NCBI GenBank assembly: GCA_963841435.1
Contig: CAWJCS010000006.1
Span: 576,001-640,000, forward strand
Source: an uncultured delta proteobacterium
GTDB lineage: Bacteria > Myxococcota_A > Polyangia > Polyangiales > Polyangiaceae
DNA length: 64,000 nucleotides
Reading direction: 5' to 3'
Below are positions 9,298 to 19,933 of the stretch, one piece after another. Each line of letters starts with the position of its first letter. The first letter of the stretch is position 1. The position numbers were made by a program, and so were the translations under genes. A model generated the notes under the pieces. The model saw only the letters and a program-made list of their open reading frames with translations, made no database searches and was not told where the DNA came from.

Positions 9298-12200
9298 TCA
9301 CGAATCGACGGCAATCTGCAGCTGTTGCCGCAAGTCGAAGTACGCCGGGCTCACGCTGAACAGCACGAGCTCCTGGAAGCGTTCCTGCTGAGACACGGCC
9401 GCCGACGCCTCGTCCGTCGCGCGGATGACGGCGACGGCCTGTTCGAGGTCGTGGCAGAGCAAGAAACCAGCGCGGTCCGCCGTCAGATCGATGCCGCCGC
9501 TCCAGCGTTTGAGGTCGAGTGCCGTGCCGGACTGCAAGAGCTTGGAGACCACGCGCGTCAGCTGGTCGCGCGCCGGGCCCTGGATGCCGGCGTCGAGCGC
9601 CCGCATCGCTTCGGCCACGGCCCCCGCGAGCTCGGCCGCGACGGGGAAGTGCGGCGCCGTGAGCTTGATCGCGGCGAAAAGCCAGGACTTTAGCGCCGTG
9701 CCCGTCGCGAGTACGTGGCGTACGTAGCTTCCGGGTCGCATGAACGCAAGCTTCTGTCCGGCGATGAATGCCGCGGGGCGTAGCGGAACGTCGGAGCGTA
9801 GCGCGGTCGCGCCCAGCGTGAGGGCGGGCTCGCGCGCGAACAAGAAGCCGAGCCCACCGGGGTCGTTCGGGTTCTCGAACACGGGCGGCGGTTGCATGCC
9901 GAACACGCCCGCCGCGTAGAACAGGCTCTGGCACACGGGCGCCGGGTGCGTCGCGAGCTCCACGGTGAAACGCGCGTCGTAGCCGAGCTCGCCGAGGTCC
10001 TGACCACGCTTGGCGACGACGGCCGGCTCGATCAGAGCGAACACGGCCGTGAGCAGCGGATCCGCGTCGGGGTGCATGAGCAAGCTCAGCCAGTCGTCGT
10101 CGCTCAGCACGGCCTGGGCGGCGGCGGCCGTTTCCGAGCGCATGCGCTTGTAGAAACGCTCCTCGTCGGGCTCGGCGAGCTTGAGCACGGTGAGCGCCTG
10201 GCACAGGCACCATGCGGCGTCGGCGCGCCGCGTTTCCGTGTAGAGGCGCCGGAGCGTCCGGTACGACTCGTGGCGGAACGGATTCTGCTTGAGCAGGATG
10301 GCCTGGGTCGCGACGGCCTTGTCGAGGTAGCGCTCGGGCGCCGTGGCGTAGAGCGTGCTCAGACGTTCGGCTCGCTCGCGGTTCTCCGGGTCGAGTGTCT
10401 GTGCAGCCTCGTAGGCGTCGATCGCCTTGTCGACCCAGCCGAGCTTGTGCTCGTAGAGCTCGCCGAGACGGTTGAAGGCGCTCAGCATCGCGGCCTGGTC
10501 GTCGTTCTGCGTGGCGCGCTCGAGCATCTTCTGCACGAGCTTTTCGACCCCCTCGTGATCACCACGGTCCGAGTAAAGGTCCGCCGCCTCGTTCATGGCG
10601 CGCTCGAAGCCGGGGTCGAGCGCGAGCACCTGCTCGTAGAACTCGAGCGCGCGGCCCGTGTCGCCTATCTGCATGGCCGTGACGATGGCGGCCGTGTGCA
10701 GGTATTTGACGCGTTGCTTCGGGTCCTCGACGAAGTCGGCGAGCCGCACGACGACGTCGACGAGCTTGTTCCAGTCCTTCTCCTCGCTGTAAAGCTGCAT
10801 CAGCTTGGCGAGGATGCGGCGGTCGTCGGGGCGCTCCTCCAGCGCGGCGACGAAGCTCTTGGCGGCCTGCGTGCGGTCGTTGAGGTTGGTCGAGGCGATC
10901 TCGCCGACATCCAGCAGGAGCTGCACGCGCGCATCGCCCTCGGCGATATCGAGGTGCCGCGTCTTGACCCGGATGGCGTCCTCCCAGAGCTCGAGCGTCG
11001 TGTAGACCTGCTCGAGGGCCGAGAGTGGCTCGGCACTCTGCGGGTCGAGGTCCGCGGCTTCCTCGAGCGGTGGTATGGCGGCTCGGAGATTGCCCGAGCG
11101 CCTGAGCGCCTCGCCACTGCGATAGTGCGCGAGGAAACGGTCCTTGATCTCGAGCGACCCGCCGAAACGCGAAAGCAGCGTCTCGTAGAGCTCCGCCGCG
11201 CGCGCGGGCGAGCCGTGCTCGAAGGTGACCTGGGCCACGCGAGCGAGCGCTTGCGGGTCGTCCGGCGCGAGGCGGAGCAGCGTGTCCATCGGGACGAGCG
11301 CCTGCTCGGTGGAGCCCGAGAGCGCGAGCGCGTCGACGTAATTGATCAACATGCGCGCGGCCTGGGCCTTGTCGAGGGACTCCGCTCGACCGGCGATGAC
11401 CTCGTAGTGTTTGGCCGCTTCGAGGTAGCGCTTGTCCTCGAGCGCAAGGTCGCCGAGCACGAGTAGCGCGTCGAGGTTCGTCGGGTCGAGCTTTGCGGCG
11501 CGCTTCGCGGCCTCCTCGGCGCGCTTTGGGTCCTTGAGGTTGGAGGCGTACAGCGTGGCGCTCTGACCGATGAGCTTCGCCTTGGCGATGTCGCCCTCGG
11601 TGTGCTCGACCGCACGCTCGAGCAGCTGGATGGCGGCGTTGACGTCGCCGCGCGCGACGTAAGCCTCGCGCAGGGCTGCTGCCGTGCCGAGGTCGCGTGG
11701 GTTGGCGTCGAGCGCTTGTTTGTAGCGTTCGACTGCCGCGTCGCGGTCGCCACGCGACTCGAGCAAGCGAGCGGCGCGCACGAACTGCTCGGCGCGCGCC
11801 TCGGGCGTCGTTGCCTTGGCCGCGAGCGCGTCGATCGCCGAAAGCGCGGCGTCGGCGTCGCCGGCCGATTCACGCAGCCGAGCGAGCGCTTCGAGCGCTT
11901 GCGGGTGCTGGGGTTCGAGCGCCAGCGCTTCCTCGTACGCACGGAGCGCGCGATCGGGTGACGCGAGGCGCTCGGCGAGCAGGCGCGCGCGTTGCAGGAT
12001 CAGCGCGAGGCGCCGCAGCGGCTCGGCGATCAGCCGCTCGTGCTTCTCGTAGAGCTCGACGGCATCCTCCCAGCGCTCGAGCGCGCGGTAGTGACGTGCG
12101 AGGCCCGAGAGCGCGCCCTCGTGAGTCGGATCGAGCGACAGCACCTGCTCGAGCGCGTGAGCCGCCCTGTCGTGGTCGAGGAACTCTTCCTCGTGGATCG

Positions 12201-14598
12201 CCGCGATGCGCTCCCACAGCGCGATCTTCTGCCGCGGCGTTGCGGCCGCGGCGATCTGCAGGTCCAGGTTGACGAGCAGATCCTGGAAGCGGCCCGCCTT
12301 GCTATAGAGCCGATCGAGTCCGCGTAGCGCGTCAAGGCTTCGCGGATCGATGTCGAGCGCAGCCTGTAGACGGCGCTCGGCCTCGGCGTCGTCGCCCAGC
12401 TTGAGCTCGAACAGCTCGGCGATACGGCAGAGCGTCTTGACCTTGTCCTCACCGCGCTGCGCATCGGCGCGCCGCTCGAGGATCTTGACGAGCGCGCCGT
12501 GGTCGCCGGCCCGTTCGCAGAGCCGGACGAGCTGATTGCTCGCCGCGACGTGGCCCGGGTCCTCCGCGAGGATCGCCTCGACCATCGAGCGCGATGCCGC
12601 GGGGTCTCCGAGGTAGAGCTCGAGCAGCTCGGCGGCCTCGGCGCGGTAGTCGCGCGCAAGCGCGGGGCTCGGCGAAGCGTCGGCCCGTCGCGTGAGCACG
12701 CCGCCGAGCTCCGCCCACTGCTGAGCCTTCTGGTAGATTTTCGCCATGCCTTCTAGCGCGGCGTCGTTGGCGGGGTCGGCGGCAACGACGGCCTGGTAGC
12801 AGGGCAGGGCGAGATCGAGACGATTCAGCCGCTCGGCGTACCAGCGGCCCGCACGGAGAAAGAGCGCGGCGCGCTCCTCGGCCGAAAGCTCCACGTTCTG
12901 CGCGGACTCGGTGGCGCTCGAGAGCACCTCGGCCCACGCCTCCTCGCGCGAGCCGGCGAGCCGCTCGATCTCGGACGCTATCGAGTCTTGCTGCGGATCC
13001 TCGCAGATGGCCTGCGTGAACGCAACGAGCGCCTGGTCGCGGTCCTTGATGTCCTGCGCGTAGATGCGGCCGATCTCCGCGTACACGCGCGCACGCTCGA
13101 CACGCGTGGGGGCTCGCTCGCTGCGCCCGAGCAAGGTCTCGATGAGCTCCTCGAACTTGCCTTGCCGGCGTCGCACGTCCTCGAGGCCACCGAACGCGAT
13201 CCGATCCTCGGGATCGAGCTCGATCAGCTCCTCGTAGAGCGCTTCGGCGGCAGGCAGCGTATCGCGCCGCGCGGCCAGAACGCGGGCGGCGCGAAACAGC
13301 AGCGATTTTCGCGTGGCGAGCTCCTCGGGCGGCAACCCCCGCGCGATCTCGAGGAACGCCTGCGAGATGCGCTCGGGGGCGCCCTCGGCGGCCGACTCGA
13401 GCTGCAGCGCGCAGCTCTCGTCCGCAGGGTCCGCCGCGAGCCGCTGCAGCAGGGCATCGACCTCTTCCCCCGACATCGGGGGCATGATGCTCATCGTGCG
13501 TTGCGCGTGGTCGAGGGTGTCGAGCACGGTCCGCGCGTCCGCTGGTCGCATGCCCGGGTCCTTGTGGAGCAGGTTGCTCAAGAGGTCGTCGAGCTCGGGG
13601 GGGACCCAGCCGCGCGGGGCCACGGAGCTCGCGAGGGGCGGTTCGCGCGTGAGGTGCCCGAAGGCCGTGTCGAGTGCCGACCCGTTGAACGGCGGCACGC
13701 CCGTCAAGAGCTCGAAGGCCATGGCCCCGAAGGAATAGACGTCACTCTTGGGGTCGGATTCGAGGCCGCGGATCTGCTCCGGGGCCGCCGTTTTCACGGA
13801 CGCCGAGGTCGAGAACAGCTCCGCGCGATCGTTGCCGATGCGCGGGCGAACGCGCAGCCGGTCGGAGCCGGCGTCGAGTAGGACGACGCGCAGCGCGCCC
13901 TCTGCGGTGCGGAGCGCGACCACGTTCTCGAGCCGGAGGTCGCCGTGCGCGATACGCCGCGCGTGGAGGGCAGCGAGGCCCTCGAGCACCGCGCGCAACA
14001 GGGGCCGAGCGTCGTTCACGTGCAGCGGTCCCGTGCGCGCGATGCGCTCGGCCAGCGTCTCGCCTTCGACGAGCTCGTGGGCGACGTAGTACCGCCCGTC
14101 GATGGTTCCCGACTCGAGCTCGTGGGGGAGGTAGTCGTGCTCGATCTGGCCGATCAGGCGGTTGGCCGTGAGAAAACGCTGGAGCCCGCGACGATCGCGG
14201 GCCGCTTCGTGGCGTAAGAGGCGCACGCGGAAGGTCTGGTGCCCGCGCGTGGCGGCGTAGACGATGGCCGAGCGGCCTTCGCCGAGCTTTTCGGTGAGGG
14301 CGAACGGGCCGAGCTGCGCGCCGACGGGCAGGGCATCTTCGCGAGTCACTCCTCGGGTGCGAAGCTCGGCAATCTCCGGGCTCGAGTCGGGCCGCAGCGC
14401 GAGGAGCACGTCACAGAGCGCCTCGACGGCGTCCTGCTCCGCCGCGTAGCTCGATAGGGCGCCTGCAAAGGAAGCCTTGGCGGCCGTGCCGCCCACGACG
14501 TCCGGGTCGAAGCCCAGAAGGTCACGGCATAGGTGTAAGAGTTCCTCTAGCTCGAAGGACCTTTCGAGCTCCGCCCGCAGGAGTTCCGTCTCGATCAT
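9298..14598 (-). CDS. 1766-aa protein: N-terminal helical EAD-like module, Ser/Thr kinase-like domain, long TPR array, AgmK/GltI-like C-terminus
   Basis: LGEGRSAIVY, HGDLRLENV, LLDAG, APEQ, SDVYSFG kinase subdomains; many A..YE.VL..DP TPR units; ATG at 14598. Confidence 0.85.
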   Translation of the reverse strand: MIETELLRAELERSFELEELLHLCRDLLGFDPDVVGGTAAKASFAGALSSYAAEQDAVEALCDVLLALRPDSSPEIAELRTRGVTREDALPVGAQLGPFALTEKLGEGRSAIVYAATRGHQTFRVRLLRHEAARDRRGLQRFLTANRLIGQIEHDYLPHELESGTIDGRYYVAHELVEGETLAERIARTGPLHVNDARPLLRAVLEGLAALHARRIAHGDLRLENVVALRTAEGALRVVLLDAGSDRLRVRPRIGNDRAELFSTSASVKTAAPEQIRGLESDPKSDVYSFGAMAFELLTGVPPFNGSALDTAFGHLTREPPLASSVAPRGWVPPELDDLLSNLLHKDPGMRPADARTVLDTLDHAQRTMSIMPPMSGEEVDALLQRLAADPADESCALQLESAAEGAPERISQAFLEIARGLPPEELATRKSLLFRAARVLAARRDTLPAAEALYEELIELDPEDRIAFGGLEDVRRRQGKFEELIETLLGRSERAPTRVERARVYAEIGRIYAQDIKDRDQALVAFTQAICEDPQQDSIASEIERLAGSREEAWAEVLSSATESAQNVELSAEERAALFLRAGRWYAERLNRLDLALPCYQAVVAADPANDAALEGMAKIYQKAQQWAELGGVLTRRADASPSPALARDYRAEAAELLELYLGDPAASRSMVEAILAEDPGHVAASNQLVRLCERAGDHGALVKILERRADAQRGEDKVKTLCRIAELFELKLGDDAEAERRLQAALDIDPRSLDALRGLDRLYSKAGRFQDLLVNLDLQIAAAATPRQKIALWERIAAIHEEEFLDHDRAAHALEQVLSLDPTHEGALSGLARHYRALERWEDAVELYEKHERLIAEPLRRLALILQRARLLAERLASPDRALRAYEEALALEPQHPQALEALARLRESAGDADAALSAIDALAAKATTPEARAEQFVRAARLLESRGDRDAAVERYKQALDANPRDLGTAAALREAYVARGDVNAAIQLLERAVEHTEGDIAKAKLIGQSATLYASNLKDPKRAEEAAKRAAKLDPTNLDALLVLGDLALEDKRYLEAAKHYEVIAGRAESLDKAQAARMLINYVDALALSGSTEQALVPMDTLLRLAPDDPQALARVAQVTFEHGSPARAAELYETLLSRFGGSLEIKDRFLAHYRSGEALRRSGNLRAAIPPLEEAADLDPQSAEPLSALEQVYTTLELWEDAIRVKTRHLDIAEGDARVQLLLDVGEIASTNLNDRTQAAKSFVAALEERPDDRRILAKLMQLYSEEKDWNKLVDVVVRLADFVEDPKQRVKYLHTAAIVTAMQIGDTGRALEFYEQVLALDPGFERAMNEAADLYSDRGDHEGVEKLVQKMLERATQNDDQAAMLSAFNRLGELYEHKLGWVDKAIDAYEAAQTLDPENRERAERLSTLYATAPERYLDKAVATQAILLKQNPFRHESYRTLRRLYTETRRADAAWCLCQALTVLKLAEPDEERFYKRMRSETAAAAQAVLSDDDWLSLLMHPDADPLLTAVFALIEPAVVAKRGQDLGELGYDARFTVELATHPAPVCQSLFYAAGVFGMQPPPVFENPNDPGGLGFLFAREPALTLGATALRSDVPLRPAAFIAGQKLAFMRPGSYVRHVLATGTALKSWLFAAIKLTAPHFPVAAELAGAVAEAMRALDAGIQGPARDQLTRVVSKLLQSGTALDLKRWSGGIDLTADRAGFLLCHDLEQAVAVIRATDEASAAVSQQERFQELVLFSVSPAYFDLRQQLQIAVDS

Positions 14599-14833
14599 CG
14601 CTCGCCGTCGTCCGTCTTCGCCGTGGCCGCCCCCGGCTGCCGGGCAGGGGGCCGGCCGCTCGGCAGGGAGTAGGACGATAGCCGGCTCCCCGCTCCGCCG
14701 CTGCAAAAATCCTCCCAAGTCCGCGAAAGTCTGGACGAAATTTTGGAGCCAGACAGGACCTCCGGCCGCGACGCAAAGGGACGCAACGGATGGTCCTTTG
14801 GCCAGCCCACGGGGCCCGTGCGAAGGTCGCCCC

Positions 14834-15133
14834 GTGCCGCGCCCCCGCGCCGCTCTCTACCAACGGGCCCTTCCGCTCCTCGTGATCGCGACGGCGGCGG
14901 TGGCGGTTCCGGTGATGATTGTCTCGCCACGGGGGCTCGACCGGCTGAACGCGCTCCGCGAAGAGCGGTCGCGAGCCGACGGCGAGGTGCGGCGGCTCAC
15001 GCGGGAGATCGACCGGCTGCGCGCCGAGGTGGCCCGGATCAAGGACGATCCCGCGGCGATCGAGCGTGTGGCGCGCGACGAGATCGGGCTCGTGCGGCAG
15101 ACCGAGGTCGTGTTCCAGTTCCGGCCGCAATAG
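14834..15133 (+). CDS. ftsB: Septum formation initiator FtsB/DivIC family
   Basis: TM, coiled coil, DPAAIERVARDEIGLVRQTEVVF. Confidence 0.8.
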   Translation: MPRPRAALYQRALPLLVIATAAVAVPVMIVSPRGLDRLNALREERSRADGEVRRLTREIDRLRAEVARIKDDPAAIERVARDEIGLVRQTEVVFQFRPQ

Positions 15134-15226
15134 GCCCGGATGGGTCGGGACCGCGGGCGCCCGGGCCCGGGGTCGCGCGCGCCGCCAAGTTAGCTTCGCC
15201 CGAGATTCGCGGGTACGATGAAGCTC

Positions 15227-16276
15227 GTGTCGGCCGAGACGGTGTGCGCGCTTTTGCGTGCCGGAGTGCCCGAGGCGGAGCTCGAGCGCGTGCTCGCGCT
15301 GGCGGTCGGCCAGGGCCGGCCCCTGAACAGCGTCCTTTTGGACGCGAGCAGTGAGCTTCTCGATGCCGTCGCGCGCGAGCACCTCCGCCGCGAGGTCGAC
15401 TCCGTCGAAATGGTGCGGCCGGCCGCGAGCCTCGTCGAGCTCCTGCCGGCCGGGCTCTGCGAGCGCCTCGGCGCCGTGCCGGTGCAACGCGATGCCCGGT
15501 CGGGGCGTGTCGACATAGCGGCGGTTGACCCGTTCGATCCCCACGTGGAGAGAGAGCTCGGGTTTCACCTCGAGGCTCCCGTGCGCGTGCTGCGAGCGCG
15601 GCCGGAGGCCATGGCGGCGGCGCTCGCCGGCTTCGGCCCCGCGCGCGTGCCGAGCGGGCCACCACTGCCGCTCGTTCGCAAGGCGCCTCAGGCTGTGTCG
15701 CCCGCGCCCGGGGACGACGAGCCCGTTCTCAGCCTCTCGCGTCCGAAGATCGAGCGCACCGCTTCGTCGCCGACGGCGGGCACGGTGCCGCCTCCCGTCA
15801 CCGAGCCCATGCCCTCACTGCTCGGTGACTTCGAGAACGCGACGAGCGCGGAGGAGATTGTCGCGCTCCTGTTGCGCGGTATGGCGCCTGCTCCCACGCT
15901 GGTGCTCTCCGTGCGGAGCGGTGTCTACTCGGGTCGCGCTGGGAGCCCTTCGCTCGAGGTCGACGCGGTGCGTCGTGTCCGGCTTGCCGTGGGCACGGCG
16001 AGTGTGGTCGAAACCGCCGTCCGCTCGGGTTTTTACCTCGGAGTCTTGCCGATGACGCCGGCGCACGCGCCTCTGCGCGAGCTCTTCGGCGGCGCTGCCG
16101 AGCACGAGGTTTACGTGGTCCCAGTGATGGTCTCGGGCCATGCGAGCCTCATCGTCGCGAGCGAGATCAGCCCGCTCGGCGCAAGCGTGGAGGCGACGCG
16201 ACGCGCGGACCAGCTCGCCGTCGTGAGCGCCCACGCACTCGAACGTATCGTCGTCACGAAGAAGCGCGGCCACTGA
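15227..16276 (+). CDS. T2SSE_N/MshEN-like domain, Pro-rich linker and GAF-like C-terminal domain (alternative start 15218)
   Basis: LLPAGLCERLGAVPV..VDIAAVDPFD..ELGFHL; C-terminal VYVVPVMVSGHASLIV. Confidence 0.6.
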   Translation: MSAETVCALLRAGVPEAELERVLALAVGQGRPLNSVLLDASSELLDAVAREHLRREVDSVEMVRPAASLVELLPAGLCERLGAVPVQRDARSGRVDIAAVDPFDPHVERELGFHLEAPVRVLRARPEAMAAALAGFGPARVPSGPPLPLVRKAPQAVSPAPGDDEPVLSLSRPKIERTASSPTAGTVPPPVTEPMPSLLGDFENATSAEEIVALLLRGMAPAPTLVLSVRSGVYSGRAGSPSLEVDAVRRVRLAVGTASVVETAVRSGFYLGVLPMTPAHAPLRELFGGAAEHEVYVVPVMVSGHASLIVASEISPLGASVEATRRADQLAVVSAHALERIVVTKKRGH

Positions 16277-16321
16277 GCGTTTCGATGCCCAAGCAGCCTC
16301 GAACCCGGACCCGAGCTCACG

Positions 16322-18472
16322 ATGGGAGGTGAGCGCGATCCGCGCGAGACGTTCCGCGCGCTCGCCGCCGAGGAGCTCGGTGGTCGCGACCCTTCGACCC
16401 TGAAGGTCGAGAGCGCCGAGGGCGTGACGCTCGAACCCGTCTACCTGCCGTCCGATCTCGCCGACCTTCCGTTCGCGCCCTCGGTGCCCGGCGAGTTTCC
16501 CTTCGTGCGTGGCGTTCGCGCGACGATGTACAAGAAGCGTCCGTGGACGATCCGGCAGTATGCCGGCTTTTCGACGGCCGAGGAGACGAACGCCTTTTTT
16601 CGGCGGGCGCTCGCCGCGGGTCAGACGGGCCTCAGCGTGGCCTTCGATCTCGCGACCCACCGCGGGTACGATAGTGACCACCCGCGCGTACGCGGCGACG
16701 TCGGCAAGGCGGGCGTCGCCGTCGATTCCGCCGAGGACATGCGTCTGCTCTTCGACGGCATTCCGCTCGACGGTGTGAGCGTCTCGATGACGATGAACGG
16801 CGCGGTCTTGCCCGTGCTGGGCGCCTTCATCGTCGCGGCCGAGGAGTCCGGCGTCGCCGCCGAGAAGCTCACGGGCACGATCCAGAACGACATTCTCAAG
16901 GAGTTCCTGGTGCGGAACACCTTCATCTACCCGCCCGAGCCCTCGCTCCGCATCGTGGCGGACATCGTCGAGCATCTCGGGAGCATCGCGCCACGCTACA
17001 ACTCGCTGTCGATCTCGGGCTATCACATGCAGGAGGCGGGTGCGACCGCCGACCTCGAGCTCGGCTACACTATCGCCGACGGTCTCGAGTACGTGCGCGC
17101 GCTGCTCGCACGGGGCCTCGCGATCGACGACTTCGCGCCGAGATTCTCGTTCTTTTTCGGCATCGGGATGAGCTTCTTCGTCGAGGTGGCGAAGCTGCGC
17201 GCGGCCCGCGCCCTCTGGGCGACGTTGCTTCGCGAGCGGTACGCTCCCAAGGACCCACGCTCGTTGCGCCTGCGCATGCACACGCAAACGTCTGGCGTGA
17301 GCTTGCAGGCGAGCGACCCGCTCAACAACGTCGTTCGCACCACGCTCGAGGCGCTCGCCGGTGTCCTCGGCGGAACGCAGAGTCTGCACACGAATGCCTA
17401 CGACGAAGCGCTTGCGCTGCCGAGCGACGGCGCGGCACGGGTCGCGCTCGCGACGCAGCTCGTCCTCGCACACGAGGCCGGGCTCACCGACGTCGTCGAT
17501 CCACTGGGCGGCTCCTACTACGTCGAGCGGCTCACCGGCGAGCTCTTCGAACGCGCGCGGCTCGTGATCGACGACGTGGAAGCAGCGGGTGGCATGGCCC
17601 GCGCGATCCAGTCGGGTCTGCCCCGCCGGCGCATCGAGGCGGCTGCGGCGCGTCGCCAGGCGCGCGTCGATTCGGGGGCCGACGTGATCGTCGGGGTGAA
17701 CGCTTTCGTGCCGGAGCGCGAGGAGCGCACGCCGGTGCGGCTCATCGAGGGCAGCGAGGTCGAACGGGTGCAGGCCGAACGGCTCGCCCGCCTGCGCGCG
17801 ACGCGCGACGCGGGCGCCGTCGGGGCCGCGCTCGCCGCGCTGCGCTCGGCGGCCGAGGGTGGAGAAAATCTGCTCGCCGCGAGCGTCGTTGCCATGCGGG
17901 CCCGCGCGACCGTCGGGGAGGTGAGCGAGGCGCTTGCGGACGTGTTCGGGCGCTACGAAGCTTCACCCACGGTCGTGACGGGCGTGTACCAAAAGCACAT
18001 GGGCGACGACGCGCGCTTCGACGCCGTGCGCGAGCGTGCGCTCGCGTTTGCGGCGAGGCACGGACGCCCGCCGCGCATCCTCATCGCAAAGCTCGGTCAG
18101 GACGGCCACGATCGTGGTCAGAAGGTCGTCGCCGCCGGCCTGTCGGATCTCGGCTTCGACGTCGATCTGGGCCCTCTATTTTCGACTCCCGACGAGGTCG
18201 CGCGCCAGGCGATCGAGAACGACGTTCACGTCGTGGGTGTCTCCACGCAAGCGGGGGCGCACAAAGAGCTGCTCCCCGAGCTCGTCAGGGCCCTCGCGCG
18301 TGGGGGCGCAGGCGACGTGCGCGTGGTGTGTGGTGGCATCGTGCCGCCGGAGGACCGTGCGGCGCTCGACGGCGCGGGCGTCTCGCTCGTGTTCGGCCCA
18401 GGGTCGCGCGTCACCGATGTCGCGTCACGGATCCTCGATTGCATCGAAGGCGACGGTGGCAGAGGACGTTGA
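16322..18472 (+). CDS. scpA: Methylmalonyl-CoA mutase
   Basis: [35 protein letters not shown]12 motif GQDGHDRG. Confidence 0.95.
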   Translation: MGGERDPRETFRALAAEELGGRDPSTLKVESAEGVTLEPVYLPSDLADLPFAPSVPGEFPFVRGVRATMYKKRPWTIRQYAGFSTAEETNAFFRRALAAGQTGLSVAFDLATHRGYDSDHPRVRGDVGKAGVAVDSAEDMRLLFDGIPLDGVSVSMTMNGAVLPVLGAFIVAAEESGVAAEKLTGTIQNDILKEFLVRNTFIYPPEPSLRIVADIVEHLGSIAPRYNSLSISGYHMQEAGATADLELGYTIADGLEYVRALLARGLAIDDFAPRFSFFFGIGMSFFVEVAKLRAARALWATLLRERYAPKDPRSLRLRMHTQTSGVSLQASDPLNNVVRTTLEALAGVLGGTQSLHTNAYDEALALPSDGAARVALATQLVLAHEAGLTDVVDPLGGSYYVERLTGELFERARLVIDDVEAAGGMARAIQSGLPRRRIEAAAARRQARVDSGADVIVGVNAFVPEREERTPVRLIEGSEVERVQAERLARLRATRDAGAVGAALAALRSAAEGGENLLAASVVAMRARATVGEVSEALADVFGRYEASPTVVTGVYQKHMGDDARFDAVRERALAFAARHGRPPRILIAKLGQDGHDRGQKVVAAGLSDLGFDVDLGPLFSTPDEVARQAIENDVHVVGVSTQAGAHKELLPELVRALARGGAGDVRVVCGGIVPPEDRAALDGAGVSLVFGPGSRVTDVASRILDCIEGDGGRGR

Positions 18473-19424
18473 AGCGCTCGTCCGCGACGTCGTGTCCGGC
18501 GAACGCCGCGCGCTCGCCCGAGCGATCACGCTGCTCGAGAGCTCGCGACCGGAGGACCGGCGCGCGGCAGGGGCGCTTTTCGAAGGGCTGCTACCGCACG
18601 CCGGGCGGAGCGTTCGCCTCGGCGTGAGCGGCCCACCCGGTGCCGGCAAAAGCACGCTCGTCGACGCGCTCGGCACCCATGCGACGACGCGCGGCGAGCG
18701 CGTCGCCGTCCTGGCCGTCGACCCATCGAGCGCCTTGCACGGTGGCAGCCTGCTCGGCGACAAGACGCGCATGGTGGGGCTCTCACGCACGAGCTCGAGC
18801 TTCATCCGTCCGAGCCCCGCACGGAGCGCCTCGGGTGGGGTCGGCGCCCGAACGCAGGAGACCATCTCGCTCTGCGAGGCCGCCGGGTATTCGCTGATCA
18901 TCGTCGAAACGCTGGGCGTGGGGCAGGGGGAGCACGTCGTCGCCGACATGGTCGATTGTCTCGTGCTCGTGCTGGTTCCCGGTACGGGCGACGACGTGCA
19001 GGGCATGAAGCGCGGCATCCTCGATCTTTGCGACCTCGTGGCGATCAACAAGGCGGATGGGCCGGATGCGGCACGCGCCGAGCACGCGAAAAGCGAGCTC
19101 GAAGGCGCGCTCGCGCTGTTTCACCACGCCGGCGGCGCGGCGGGCCCACCGGTGCTCCTCACGAGCGCCCTCGAGCGTCGCGGCATCGATGCGCTCTGGC
19201 TCGGTGTGGTCGAGCACGTGTCGCGCGCCGAGCGCGAGGGGCAGTTCGAGCGGCGTCGTGCGCGCGGCCGCGTGGCCGCGCTCGAGCGTGAGCTCCGGGC
19301 CGAGCTCACCGAACGGTTTCTTTCGAAAAGCGGCGCTCGCGACCGGCTGGCCGAGCTCACCGAGCGGGTGCGTGCGGGCGGTCTCTCTCCGCGCCGAGCG
19401 CTCGAGGAGCTGCTCGGCGACTGA
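18456..19424 (+). CDS. meaB: Mutase-associated GTPase MeaB
   Basis: [47 protein letters not shown]. Confidence 0.93.
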   Translation: MAEDVEALVRDVVSGERRALARAITLLESSRPEDRRAAGALFEGLLPHAGRSVRLGVSGPPGAGKSTLVDALGTHATTRGERVAVLAVDPSSALHGGSLLGDKTRMVGLSRTSSSFIRPSPARSASGGVGARTQETISLCEAAGYSLIIVETLGVGQGEHVVADMVDCLVLVLVPGTGDDVQGMKRGILDLCDLVAINKADGPDAARAEHAKSELEGALALFHHAGGAAGPPVLLTSALERRGIDALWLGVVEHVSRAEREGQFERRRARGRVAALERELRAELTERFLSKSGARDRLAELTERVRAGGLSPRRALEELLGD

Positions 19425-19462
19425 CTCGTTCCGCGCTGCGGTCGAGCCGCACGCGCGCCGCG

Positions 19463-19933
19463 TCAGGCGCCGCGGCGTGCAACGAGCTCGGGCGGTGCCT
19501 GAACGAGCTCGATGAGCACGCCCTCCCCGCCGTGCGGCGATTCGTCGTTGCCGCGGGGATGGATGAAGCAGACGGGGTGGCCGCTCGCACCCTTGCGGAT
19601 GCCACCGGGCGTGAAGCGCACGCCTCGCGCCGCGAGCCACGCCTGGGCGCGCGCCAGATCGTCAACCCACAGACCGAGGTGATGCAGCGGCGGTTCGTGC
19701 ACGCGTGGCCGCCGCGCGGGATCGACGGGTTGCATGAGATCGATCTCCACGCGGCCGTCCCCGACGCCGACGCTGAGCACGTCCTCGTCAACGTTCTCGG
19801 CCTCGCTCCGGTAGGTGCCCTCGGAGGTGAGACCCAAAAGATCGACCCAGAGCCGCCGCAGCGGCGCCTTGTCCGCGCCGCCGATTGCGATCTGCTGCAC
19901 GCCTAGCACGCGAAATGGACGCTCGTCACTCAC
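19463..19933 (-). CDS. VOC-family protein, probable methylmalonyl-CoA epimerase
   Basis: [42 protein letters not shown]; next to mutase and meaB. Confidence 0.75.
   Translation of the reverse strand: MSDERPFRVLGVQQIAIGGADKAPLRRLWVDLLGLTSEGTYRSEAENVDEDVLSVGVGDGRVEIDLMQPVDPARRPRVHEPPLHHLGLWVDDLARAQAWLAARGVRFTPGGIRKGASGHPVCFIHPRGNDESPHGGEGVLIELVQAPPELVARRGA

Noticed and set aside
9298-13400. Repetitive DNA suggesting a CRISPR or tandem array
   Set aside because: Degenerate TPR-coding repeats only; no identical repeat-spacer units
14755-14810. GACGCAAAGGGACGCAA resembling the c-di-GMP-I riboswitch core
   Set aside because: No upstream GYAAA plus GNRA-capped P2 stem at the right spacing and no convincing P3
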